From contig NIVC01000247.1 of NCBI GenBank assembly GCA_002269645.1, positions 559,095-623,094 of the forward strand: a DNA stretch of 64,000 nt, read 5' to 3'. Below, in pieces: positions 37,201 through 49,259 of this stretch. A model generated the notes under the pieces. That model made no database searches and had not been told where the DNA came from. It saw only the letters and a program-made list of their open reading frames with translations. Within the stretch, counting starts at the first letter, position 1. Every line of letters starts with the position of its first letter. The DNA comes from Macrostomum lignano. Taxonomy: Eukaryota. The translations under genes and the position numbers were made by a program.

Positions 37201-40200
37201 AAACAGGGACACCTGCTGCATCAAAGCTGCCGAAAAAGCTGCAAACAATGGTCACTTTGAAATCGTCAAGTTTCTCGTCCCACAAATCAATGACCAATCA
37301 AACAGGGACACCTGCTGCATCGAAGCTGCCTGCTGTCAAGTTTCTCTCGTCACAAATCAATGACCAATCAAACAGGGACACCTGCTGCATCAAAGCTGCC
37401 GAAAATGCTGCACTCCGTGGTCACTTTGAAATCGTCAAGTTTTTCCTGTCACAAATCAATGACCAATCAAACAGGGACACCTGCTGCATCAAAGCTGCCG
37501 AAAAGCTGCACTCCGTGGTCACTTTGAAATCGTCAAGTTTCTCGTCCCACAAATCAATGACCAATCAAACAGGGACACCTGCTGCATCAAAGCTGCCGAA
37601 AATGCTGCACTCCGTGGTCACTTTGAAATCGTCAAGTTTTTCCTGTCACAAATCAATGACCAATCAAACAGGGACACCTGCTGCATCAAAGCTGCCGAAA
37701 ATGCTGCACTCCGTGGTCACTTTGAAATCGTCAAGTTTCTCCTCTCACAAATCAATGACCAATCAAACAGGGACACCTGCTGCATCAAAGCTGCCGAAAA
37801 TGCTGCAGACAATGGTCACTTTGAAATCGTCAAGTTTCTCCTCTCACAAATCAATGACCAATCAAACAGGGACACCTGCTGCATCAAAGCTGCCGAAAAT
37901 GCTGCACTCCGTGGTCACTTTGAAATCGTCAAGTTTCTCCTCTCACAAATCAATGACCAATCAAACAGGGACACCTGCTGCATCAAAGCTGCCGAAAATG
38001 CTGCACTCCGTGGTCACTTTGAAATCGTCAAGTTTTCCTCTCACAAATCAATGACCAATCAAACAGGGACACCTGCTGCATCAAAGCTGCCGAAAATGCT
38101 GCACAATGGTCACTTTGAAATCGTCAAGTTTCTCCTCTCACAAATCAATGACCAATCAAACAGGGACACCTGCTGCATCAAAGCTGCCGAAAAAGCTGCA
38201 CTCCGTGGTCACTTTGAAATCGTCAAGTTTCTCCTCTCACAAATCAATGACCAATCAAACAGGGACACCTGCTGCATCAAAGCTGCCGAAAATGCTGCAA
38301 ACAATGGTCACTTTGAAATCGTCAAGTTTCTCCTCTCACAAATCAATGACCAATCAAACAGGGACACCTGCTGCATCAAAGCTGCCGAAAATGCTGCACT
38401 CCGTGGTCACTTTGAAATCGTCAAGTTTCTCCTCTCACAAATCAATGACCAATCAAACAGGGACACCTGCTGCATCAAAGCTGCCGAAGATGCTGCAATT
38501 CGTGGTCACTTTGAAATCGTCAAGTTTCTCGTCCCACAAATCAATGACCAATCAAACAGGGACACCTGCTGCATCAAAGCTGCCGAAAATGCTGCAAACA
38601 ATGGTCACTTTGAAATCGTCAAGTTTCTCCTCTCACAAATCAATGACCAATCAAACAGGGACACCTGCTGCATCAAAGCTGCCGAAAATGCTGCAAACAA
38701 TGGTCACTTTGAAATCGTCAAGTTTCTCCTCTCACAAATCAATGACCAATCAAACAGGGACACCTGCTGCATCAAAGCTGCCGAAAATGCTGCACTCCGT
38801 GGTCACTTTGAAATCGTCAAGTTTCTCCTCTCACAAATCAATGACCAATCAAACAGGGACACCTGCTGCATCAAAGCTGCCGAAAATGCTGCACTCCGTG
38901 GTCACTTTGAAATCGTCAAGTTTCTCCTCTCACAAATCAATGACCAATCAAACAGGGACACCTGCTGCATCAAAGCTGCCGAAAATGCTGCACTCCGTGG
39001 TCACTTTGAAATCGTCAAGTTTCTCGTCCCACAAATCAATGACCAATCAAACAGGGACACCTGCTGCATCAAAGCTGCCGAAAATGCTGCATGTCACTTT
39101 GAAATCGTCAAGTTTCTCCTCTCACAAATCAATGACCAATCAAACAGGGACACCTGCTGCATCAAAGCTGCCGAAAATGCTGCAAAGAAGGGTCACTTTG
39201 AAATCGTCAAGTTTCTCCTCTCACAAATCAATGACCAATCAAACAGGGACACCTGCTGCATCAAAGCTGCCGAAAATGCTGCACTCCGTGGTCACTTTGA
39301 AATCGTCAAGTTTCTCCTCTCACAAATCAATGACCAATCAAACAGGGACACCTGCTGCATCAAAGCTGCCGAAAATGCTGCAGACAATGGTCACTTTGAA
39401 ATCGTCAAGTTTCTCGTCCCACAAATCAATGACCAATCAAACAGGGACACCTGCTGCATCAAAGCCGCCGAAAAAGCTGCAAACAATGGTCACTTTGAAA
39501 TCGTCAAGTTTCTCGTCCACAAATCAATGACCAATCAAACAGGGACACCTGCTGCATCAAAGCTGCCGAAAAGCTGCAAACAATGGTCACTTTGAAATCG
39601 TCAAGTTTCTCGTCCCACAAATCAATGACCAATCAAACAGGGACACCTGCTGCATCAAAGCTGCCGAAAATGCTGCACTCCGTGGTCACTTTGAAATCGT
39701 CAAGTTTCTCCTCTCACAAATCAATGACCAATCAAACAGGGACACCTGCTGCATCAAAGCTGCCGAAAATGCTGCACTCCGTGGTCACTTTGAAATCGTC
39801 AAGTTTCTCCTCTCACAAATCAATGACCAATCAAACAGGGACACCTGCTGCATCAAAGCTGCCGAAAATGCTGCACAATGGTCACTTTGAAATCGTCAAG
39901 TTTCTCGTCCCACAAATCAATGACCAATCAAACAGGGACACCTGCTGCATCAAAGCTGCCGAAAATGCTGCACTCCGTGGTCACTTTGAAATCGTCAAGT
40001 TTCTCCTCTCACAAATCAATGACCAATCAAACAGGGACACCTGCTGCATCAAAGCTGCCGAAAATGCTGCACTCCGTGGTCACTTTGAAATCGTCAAGTT
40101 TCTCCTCTCACAAATCAATGACCAATCAAACAGGGACACCTGCTGCATCAAAGCTGCCGAAAATGCTGCAGACAATGTCACTTTGAAATCGTCAAGTTTC

Positions 40201-43200
40201 TCGTCTCAAAATCAATGACCAATCAAACAGGGACACCTGCTGCATCAAAGCTGCCGAAAAAGCTGCAAAAATGGTCACTTTGAAATCGTCAAGTTTCTCC
40301 TCTCACAAATCAATGACCAATCAAACAGGGACACCTGCTGCATCAAAGCTGCCGAAAAAGCTGCAAACAATGGTCACTTTGAAATCGTCAAGTTTCTCGT
40401 CTCACAAATCAATGACCAATCAAACAGGGACACCTGCTGCATCAAAGCTGCCGAAAATGCTGCAGACAATGGTCACTTTGAAATCGTCAAGTTTCTCCTC
40501 TCACAAATCAATGACCAATCAAACAGGGACACCTGCTGCATCAAAGCTGCCGAAAATGCTGCACTCCGTGGTCACTTTGAAATCGTCAAGTTTCTCCTCT
40601 CACAAATCAATGACCAATCAAACAGGGACACCTGCTGCATCAAAGCTGCCGAAAATGCTGCACTCCGTGGTCACTTTGAAATCGTCAAGTTTCTCCTCTC
40701 ACAAATCAATGACCAATCAAACAGGGACACCTGCTGCATCAAAGCTGCCGAAAATGCTGCACTCCGTGGTCACTTTGAAATCGTCAAGTTTCTCCTCTCA
40801 CAAATCAATGACCAATCAAACAGGGACACCTGCTGCATCAAAGCTGCCGAAAATGCTGCACAATGGTCACTTTGAAATCGTCAAGTTTCTCCTCTCACAA
40901 ATCAATGACCAATCAAACAGGGACACCTGCTGCATCAAAGCTGCCGAAAATGCTGCACTCCGTGGTCACTTTGAAATCGTCAAGTTTCTCCTCTCACAAA
41001 TCAATGACCAATCAAACAGGGACACCTGCTGCATCAAAGCTGCCGAAGATGCTGCAATTCGTGGTCACTTTGAAATCGTCAAGTTTCTCGTCCCACAAAT
41101 CAATGACCAATCAAACAGGGACACCTGCTGCATCAAAGCTGCCGAAAATGCTGCAAACAATGGTCACTTTGAAATCGTCAAGTTTCTCCTCTCACAAATC
41201 AATGACCAATCAAACAGGGACACCTGCTGCATCAAAGCTGCCGAAAATGCTGCAAACAATGGTCACTTTGAAATCGTCAAGTTTCTCCTCTCACAAATCA
41301 ATGACCAATCAAACAGGGACACCTGCTGCATCAAAGCTGCCGAAAATGCTGCACTCCGTGGTCACTTTGAAATCGTCAAGTTTCTCCTCTCACAAATCAA
41401 TGACCAATCAAACAGGGACACCTGCTGCATCAAAGCTGCCGAAAATGCTGCACTCCGTGGTCACTTTGAAATCGTCAAGTTTCTCCTCTCACAAATCAAT
41501 GACCAATCAAACAGGGACACCTGCTGCATCAAAGCTGCCGAAAATGCTGCACTCCGTGGTCACTTTGAAATCGTCAAGTTTCTCCTCTCACAAATCAATG
41601 ACCAATCAAACAGGGACACCTGCTGCATCAAAGCTGCCGAAAATGCTGCACTGTGGTCACTTTGAAATCGTCAAGTTTCTCCTCTCACAAATCAATGACC
41701 AATCAAACAGGGACACCTGCTGCATCAAAGCTGCCGAAAATGCTGCAAAGATGGTCACTTTGAAATCGTCAAGTTTCTCCTCTCACAAATCAATGACCAA
41801 TCAAACAGGGACACCTGCTGCATCAAAGCTGCCGAAAATGCTGCACTCCGTGGTCACTTTGAAATCGTCAAGTTTCTCCTCTCACAAATCAATGACCAAT
41901 CAAACAGGGACACCTGCTGCATCAAAGCTGCCGAAAATGCTGCACAATGGTCACTTTGAAATCGTCAAGTTTCTCGTCCACAAATCAATGACCAATCAAA
42001 CAGGGACACCTGCTGCATCGAAGCTGCCGAAAAAGCTGCAAACAATGGTCACTTTGAAATCGTCAAGTTTCTCGTCCCACAAATCAATGACCAATCAAAC
42101 AGGGACACCTGCTGCATCGAAGCTGCCGAAAAAGCTGCAAACAATGGTCACTTTGAAATCGTCAAGTTTCTCGTCCCACAAATCAATGACCAATCAAACA
42201 GGGACACCTGCTGCATCAAAGCTGCCGAAAATGCTGCACTCCGTGGTCACTTTGAAATCGTCAAGTTTCTCCTCTCACAAATCAATGACCAATCAAACAG
42301 GGACACCTGCTGCATCAAAGCTGCCGAAAATGCTGCACTCCGTGGTCACTTTGAAATCGTCAAGTTTCTCCTCTCACAAATCAATGACCAATCAAACAGG
42401 GACACCTGCTGCATCAAAGCTGCCGAAAATGCTGCACTGTGTCACTTTGAAATCGTCAAGTTTCTCCTCTCACAAATCAATGACCAATCAAACAGGGACA
42501 CCTGCTGCATCAAAGCTGCCGAAAATGCTGCACTGTGGTCACTTTGAAATCGTCAAGTTTCTCCTCTCACAAATCAATGACCAATCAAACAGGGACACCT
42601 GCTGCATCAAAGCTGCCGAAAATGCTGCACTCCGTGGTCACTTTGAAATCGTCAAGTTTCTCCTCTCACAAATCAATGACCAATCAAACAGGGACACCTG
42701 CTGCATCAAAGCTGCCGAAAATGCTGCACAATGGTCACTTTGAAATCGTCAAGTTTCTCGTCTCAAAATCAATGACCAATCAAACAGGGACACCTGCTGC
42801 ATCAAAGCTGCCGAAAAAGCTGCAAAAGATGATGACTTTGAAAGCGTCAAGTTTCTCCTCTCACAAATCAATGACCAATCAAACAGGGACACCTGCTGCA
42901 TCGAAGCTGCCGAAAAAGCTGCAAACAATGGTCACTTTGAAATCGTCAAGTTTCTCGTCTCACAAATCAATGACCAATCAAACAGGGACACCTGCTGCAT
43001 CAAAGCTGCCGAAAATGCTGCAGACAATGGTCACTTTGAAATCGTCAAGTTTCTCCTCTCACAAATCAATGACCAATCAAACAGGGACACCTGCTGCATC
43101 AAAGCTGCCGAAAATGCTGCACTGTGTCACTTTGAAATCGTCAAGTTTCTCCTCTCACAAATCAATGACCAATCAAACAGGGACACCTGCTGCATCAAAG

Positions 43201-46200
43201 CTGCCGAAAATGCTGCACTCCGTGGTCACTTTGAAATCGTCAAGTTTCTCCTCTCACAAATCAATGACCAATCAAACAGGGACACCTGCTGCATCAAAGC
43301 TGCCGAAAATGCTGCACTCCGTGGTCACTTTGAAATCGTCAAGTTTCTCCTCTCACAAATCAATGACCAATCAAACAGGGACACCTGCTGCATCAAAGCT
43401 GCCGAAAATGCTGCACTGTGGTCACTTTGAAATCGTCAAGTTTCTCCTCTCACAAATCAATGACCAATCAAACAGGGACACCTGCTGCATCAAAGCTGCC
43501 GAAAATGCTGCACTGTGGTCACTTTGAAATCGTCAAGTTTCTCCTCTCACAAATCAATGACCAATCAAACAGGGACACCTGCTGCATCAAAGCTGCCGAA
43601 AATGCTGCACTGTGTCACTTTGAAATCGTCAAGTTTCTCCTCTCACAAATCAATGACCAATCAAACAGGGACACCTGCTGCATCAAAGCTGCCGAAAATG
43701 CTGCACTCCGTGGTCACTTTGAAATCGTCAAGTTTCTCCTCTCACAAATCAATGACCAATCAAACAGGGACACCTGCTGCATCAAAGCTGCCGAAAAAGC
43801 TGCACTCCGTGGTCACTTTGAAATCGTCAAGTTTCTCGTCCCACAAATCAATGACCAATCAAACAGGGACACCTGCTGCATCAAAGCTGCCGAAAATGCT
43901 GCACTCCGTGGTCACTTTGAAATCGTCAAGTTTCTCGTCCCACAAATCAATGACCAATCAAACAGGGACACCTGCTGCATCAAAGCTGCCGAAAATGCTG
44001 CAGACAATGATCACTTTGAAATCGTCAAGTTTCTCGTCCCTCAAATCAATGACCAATCAAACAGGGACACCTGCTGCATCAAAGCTGCCAAAAATGCTGC
44101 AGACAATGGTCACTTTGAAGTCGTTGATTTTCTTTTTTCGTGTCTCTCAAGTCCCGATAAGAGAGCGAATCTCCGTTTCCAATGCGCAGTCGCAGCTTGC
44201 TCTCGTCTTCACGAAAATTTCGTTGCCTCCCTGAGCCTCGAGCCCGACTGGCTCTTTCAATCCAGCACCATCCTCAGCTTCATTGCAGCAATGGCCATCG
44301 AAGGCAGCAACTCTGTTCTCACCGACACCCTCTCTCGAATGCAGCCAGATCAAATCACACAGCTGCTCTGTCTCTCCATCTCTCAAAGACACGTCGCTGC
44401 TGCCGCCACACTGCTCAATCATAAGCGATTCAGCACACAGCATGTCGATCTCCCAGACGACAACACCGGAGCCACCGCTCTCATGCTCGCAGCTGATGCA
44501 GGTCATCACGAACTCATTCACAAACTCATCGATCTCGGCGCCTCACTGCACGCTCAAGACACTCACGGTCGCACTGCTCTGTCACGAGCCTGCCAAGCCG
44601 GTCACGTGCGAGCAGCCAAGACTCTCATCGACAATGGAGCCGATGCCAGCCATCGAGACAATCAGGGCCTCACGTGTGCGCATCTCGCACAGCGATTTGA
44701 GCAGCGGCAGGTGCTGCGGCTGCTAAATCCCACCGAGTCAGTTGCCATTTGTTGTCATTAGTTGCAATTCTACTTGCAATCACTTCGCTACTTTACCTCG
44801 CTTTCCTTCACGCATTCCAGAATAACACAGCACCTACAGCCAGCCGCTCACCGCCTCCATCCGTGAGTCTGACCGCTTTCATTCCCCATTTCCTTCTTTG
44901 GGTGGAGCTTGGGCCACTCAGCAAATCCGCCTCCACTCACTCCACTCTCACCTCTCCCCAGACTCTGGGACCACTCCGAGCAGGACCGCCGTCTAAGCAG
45001 GGAGCTGCATCGACTGCTCAGCGATGCGGGATTCACCGAGCAGAGAGCAAAGTGTCAGCAGAGACTGGCTGACTGGCTGCAACAAGTCGCTCGAGTCCTC
45101 ACACAGGATGGCAGGCAGATGACGGGCAGCTACGCAGAGGGCTGGGCCAACAGTCTGGTGCAAGTGAACGGCAGGACAGCTGCAGACTCGGACATTGACT
45201 GGACTGTGCTGGTTGCTGGGCAAGAGTTCCATCTGGAAGGTGGCTGTGAACAGAAGAGTTGGCGTGATTCCTGCAAAGACGCCACTCCGCTGCAGGTCAA
45301 GGAGGGCCACGCACAGGTGGCAGTCGGAGCAGGTCAGTGAGGCTGGGTTCTTCATCCCAATCCCCATGCCAATCCAAGACTCTTAAATCTGCTCAATTAT
45401 TTATTGGATACCGAGTGGCTGAATTTCTGAGTTCATAAGTTCAACATGAGTTCGAAACCTTGTTGAAATACCATGCAGCACTCATTTCGCTTGAAATACA
45501 AATTGTGGCAACTAATCACTCCGATCGCACCTATCTCATAGGTTATGAAACAATTATTATGCAATTTCAGGCACATACATTATAAGCATGCATACAGTAC
45601 GCAATACGTGAAAACCTGATCTGAATGAAAGTAAAATAATTGTCTCTTTACCTAACCATCATCAACTCCGTTGCGGTGCCCCTGCAAGCATTGCAACGAA
45701 TTATTGATTGCAGTAGTAGCACTGACACATGAGAAGAACGAACTCAACTAACACATTCAGGCAGTTTCAACCAACCCATCTTTTCCACTCGCCACAAAGC
45801 GACTCTCCGCTCACTGCGCTCTGCAGGCAGCCAACCTGCAGTGACAGCCACGGCGTGCGGTGTGCGGCCTGCACAGGACACGTGCCATGCGATCGAGTGC
45901 TGCAGCAGTTTCTGTAAGGACAGGATTGAAAAACTGGTTGGATACAGTGGTTTTGTTCACCTCGTTCGGGCGACCAGACCGAGCTCGACCAACGAGCTCA
46001 GAGTGAGCTTCAGCTTCCTAGAGAAACACATCATGAGACGGCTGAGCACAGTCCAGGGCCAGTTGTTCACACTCATCAAGTTCATCTTCAAGAGACACTT
46101 GCCGCTCACTCTGGCCACACCTGGACTCAAGACCTACCATGCAAAGACTCTACTATTCTTCATGCTGGAGAAGCATGGCACAGATCCTAAAACTGAGGCT

Positions 46201-47304
46201 TGGCAGCCCCACAATCTGATCGCTCTGCTCAAGGAGTCTCTCGACATGATGCTGAGCTTCATCGACTCAAGCAGCAGCTCGCCCGATGAGTGCATGCCGC
46301 ACTTCTTCATGCTCAACGCTCCGCTCTACTTCAAGAACGCTGGAATCGGCGGCGACTTTGACAACACGAAGGCGAGGATTCGAGACCGACTTTGTGAGCT
46401 GAGAAGCGACATCGGCGGAGTGGTCGAGCAGCTGAGGAGACTCGTGAGACCTCTGCAGTCAGAGAAGTTCTATTTTCACCCGTTCACTCTGCTGCCTCTG
46501 ACAGCGCCGCCTGCTGTCACGAAGATCAGGGAAGGAAGTGATCGCTATCCAACAATGTACTACAAGTTCGCAGACGTGTACAGTGTGGTGCACCAGTGTG
46601 TGAGCGAGCTGCAGTCGGAATCGAGAGACAGAGACACCCTGATGAGGCAGCTCAGTCTCCTGCATGAGCTGCAGTGGTGCAAGTGCGCCGCCCTGTGCAT
46701 GACCGCCATGGCGCATTTGAAGTTCGGAGAATCTGAGGAGGCTGATAGACTCGCGATGGAGCTGCAGAGACATCAGGTTGAGTCAGGGTTGAAGCCAAAT
46801 GATATTCGAAAAGAGAGCTACATTACAAAACTGCCAGAAGACTCAGACTGGGCGTGGAGGTTCTGCCTCCCCTGCGACTCTCCGCCTCGCTTCCCATTCC
46901 TTCCCGAGTTCACGCAGACTCTGTTCACAGCCAGACTGTCGCAGCCTCTCTCCTCCCACCTGTACGTAAACTTCCGCTGCCTGAGCTGGAGTCTCCAAGC
47001 TGAGCTGCTCCGCAATCGCGCACCTGCAATCGCATTCGATCATTGGATTGAACAGCTGCTTGGAGACCCGGACTTGGAGGAGCTGCTCACTCTGGCTCAC
47101 TACAGCGACTGCCGCGAGCACGTGGAGCTCAGCCTGCAGCAGATGGAGATGATCGAGAAAGAGAGACGCGTCGCCATGGAGACGCAGGACGAGGAGAAGA
47201 TCGGCTGGGTCAGGCAGAAGCTGGAGAGACTTGATGCAGCAGCTGGAGTCCTCAAAGTCGAGTCGCAAAGTGGAGGTCGGAAAATGAAGGCTGAGTCAGA
47301 CTGA
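34222..47304 (+). CDS. Ankyrin-array + Mab-21/cGAS-like nucleotidyltransferase (cGLR-like) gene; predicted exons 34222-44736, 44821-44862, 44962-45332 and 45827-47304; exon 1 has many frameshifts as assembled
   Basis: ATG at 34222 (MGQNQS). All three introns are GT-AG (donors GTCAGT, GTGAGT, GTCAGT) with compatible phases 2/2/1. NTase motifs: GSYAEG...SDIDWTVLV, QDTCHAIEC, LRVSFSFLEK, LKTYHAKTLLFFMLE, CMPHFF. Confidence 0.85.
34303..44122 (+). repeat. Coding tandem array of ~99 copies of a 99-bp (33-aa) ankyrin-type repeat
   Basis: Unit DTCCIKAAENAAxxGHFEIVKFLLSQINDQSNR; AAxxGHxEIVxxLL is the ankyrin core. Array length of ~9.8 kb divided by 99 bp gives the copy estimate. Confidence 0.95.
44440..44730 (+). 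CDS. Canonical ankyrin repeats (about 3) at the end of exon 1
   Basis: DNTGATALMLAADAGHHELIHKLIDLGA, DTHGRTALSRACQAGHVRAAKTLIDNGAD, DNQGLTCAHLA. Confidence 0.93.
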
Positions 47305-47414
47305 CTGCCTGGAGCGGTGTTCGATGCTGACCTAATTTCATGTAGCTTGGGTTAGTTTAAGAAACTGCTTATTCTGGTGCATTCTGACTTGATGGGGTTG
47401 TGCCGGTTCTGCAT

Positions 47415-47655
47415 GAAAACACCTATACATGCTGTTGGATTGTCTGTACATGCTGTTGGATTGTCTCTACATGCTGTTGGATTGTCTGTACATGCTGTTG
47501 GATTGTCTCTACATGCTGTTGGATTGTCTGTACATGCTGTTGGATTGTCTCTTCATGCTGTTGGATTGTCTCTTCATGCTGTTGGATTGTCTCTTCATGC
47601 TGTTGGATTGTCTCTTCATGCTGTTGGATTGTCTGTACATGCTGTGGGATTGTCT
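47415..47655. repeat. 21-bp minisatellite, ~11 copies
   Basis: catgctgttggattgtct(gta/cta/ctt). Confidence 0.94.
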
Positions 47656-47724
47656 CTAAGAACCTGCTCTCAGAATGAGCTCAATCAGTCAGCAAGTTGA
47701 TTTCATGTACTTTAATCATGTAGT

Positions 47725-47870
47725 CATGAACATTCAGTGACTGACAGCCTGACATCTCCCTCATGAACAGTCAGTGACTGACAGCCTGACAGCTCCCTCA
47801 TGAACATTCAGTGACTGACAGCCTGACAGCTCCCTCATGAACATTCAGTGACTGACAGCCTGACAGCTCC
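47725..47870. repeat. 37-bp tandem repeat, ~4 copies
   Basis: catgaacattcagtgactgacagcctgacagctccct. Confidence 0.9.
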
Positions 47871-48519
47871 CCAGTGTGCATCAAGTACAATTCCATTATT
47901 TTATTTATTGCTGTTTCGTATTGGCCAAAATACTTCGTAGATATATGATAAAATTCCCCAGTCTGTAATTCAGTATTTCAGCTGTCTTTGGTAAAATACG
48001 CTTGTACTGCACTTATTTAACCATGCTTGCTTGCTTTTTCCAGTCTGCAAATAAATTTGAAAATGAATTCTCCAGCTCACCCTTTGTGTTCTCTGCCCCA
48101 CAATGCTGCCTTGAAAGTGTCGCCTGATGAAGAATGACTTTTGAGTTAAAAATCAAAATTCCTGAAAAACGAGAATCCTACCGGGAATCCCGTGCAAGAC
48201 CCTAAAATTTATCATTAACGAAATCCCTGAAGACAAAAATAAAAGTACATAAAAGGCTGCAAGGCCACAATAACATCAAAGGTCAGCCGGCACCTCCTCA
48301 GCCAGCAGGCAGTCGCAGAATCGCCGGTGGTTGCCTGCAGCGCCAGCAGCGGCACCTCCTGAACTTCCGGCTGTGGGTGGCCGCTCGGCTCTGCAGCATC
48401 TGCAGTGCAGCAGCCGCCTCAGCCTGCGGTTCGAGCGACTCCGCCAGCGTCCGGGTCTCGGCGTTGCATGGAGCTGCGCCGCCCTCTGACGGTCAGGCAG
48501 GGCCTGCAGGACCGCCCGC

Positions 48520-49050
48520 ACACAGCCAAAGGCAGCCCTCACACAGCCAAATGCAGCCCTCACACAGTCAAATGCAGCCCTCACACAGCCAAATGCAGCC
48601 CTCACACAGCGTCAGGCAGCCCTCACACAGTCAAAGGCAGCCCTCACACAGCCAAATGCAGCCCTCACACAGCGACAGGCAGCCCTCACACAGCCAAAGG
48701 CAGCCCTCACACAGCGTCAGGCAGCCCTCACACAGTCAAAGGCAGCCCTCACACAGCCAAAGGCAGCCCTCACACAGCCAAAGGCAGCCCTCACACAGCG
48801 ACAGGCAGCCCTCACACAGCCAAAGGCAGCCCTCACACAGCGACAGGCAGCCCTCACACAGCCAAAGGCAGCCATCACACAGCCACAGGCAGCCCTCACA
48901 CAGCCAAAGGCAGCCCTCACACAGCCAAAGGCAGCCATCACACAGCCACAGGCAGCCCTCACACAGCCAAATGCAGCCCTCACACAGCGACAGGCAGCCA
49001 TCACACAGCCAAAGACAGCCCACACACAGCCAAACACAGCCTGACACAGC
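48520..49050. repeat. 21-bp minisatellite, ~25 copies
   Basis: cacacagccaaaggcagccct and variants. Confidence 0.95.
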
Positions 49051-49259
49051 CAAAGAAACGCAGAGGAAAGAACACTGCATAGATAATCAATCAAACAAAT
49101 GAATCTCCCAGCTCAATTTATTTAGTCTAAACCGCTTTCTAGGAAACAAAGCTTTCTAGGAAACCAAGCTTTCTAGGAAATATGCGCAAAAATATACGCT
49201 TGTACAAATCTTTTGAGACTTTTTAACTTTCAGCTTTAAATGGTTATCTCTAGATCATG

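Noticed and set aside
34303-44122. TAL-effector interpretation (33-aa repeats with a variable dipeptide)
   Set aside because: There is no TALE consensus (LTPxQVVAIAS..GGKQALE) and the core is AAxxGHxEIVxxLL of ankyrins. The resemblance is only an analogy.
34328-44234. Long ORFs reading MTNQTGTPAASKLPKMLHSVVTLKSSSFSSHKS
   Set aside because: These are the alternative open frame of the 99-bp unit. Only the ankyrin frame connects to the ATG context and to the canonical ankyrin C-terminus.
47377-49102. Cys-, His- or Gln-rich ORFs downstream of the cGLR gene
   Set aside because: They derive from 21-bp minisatellites.
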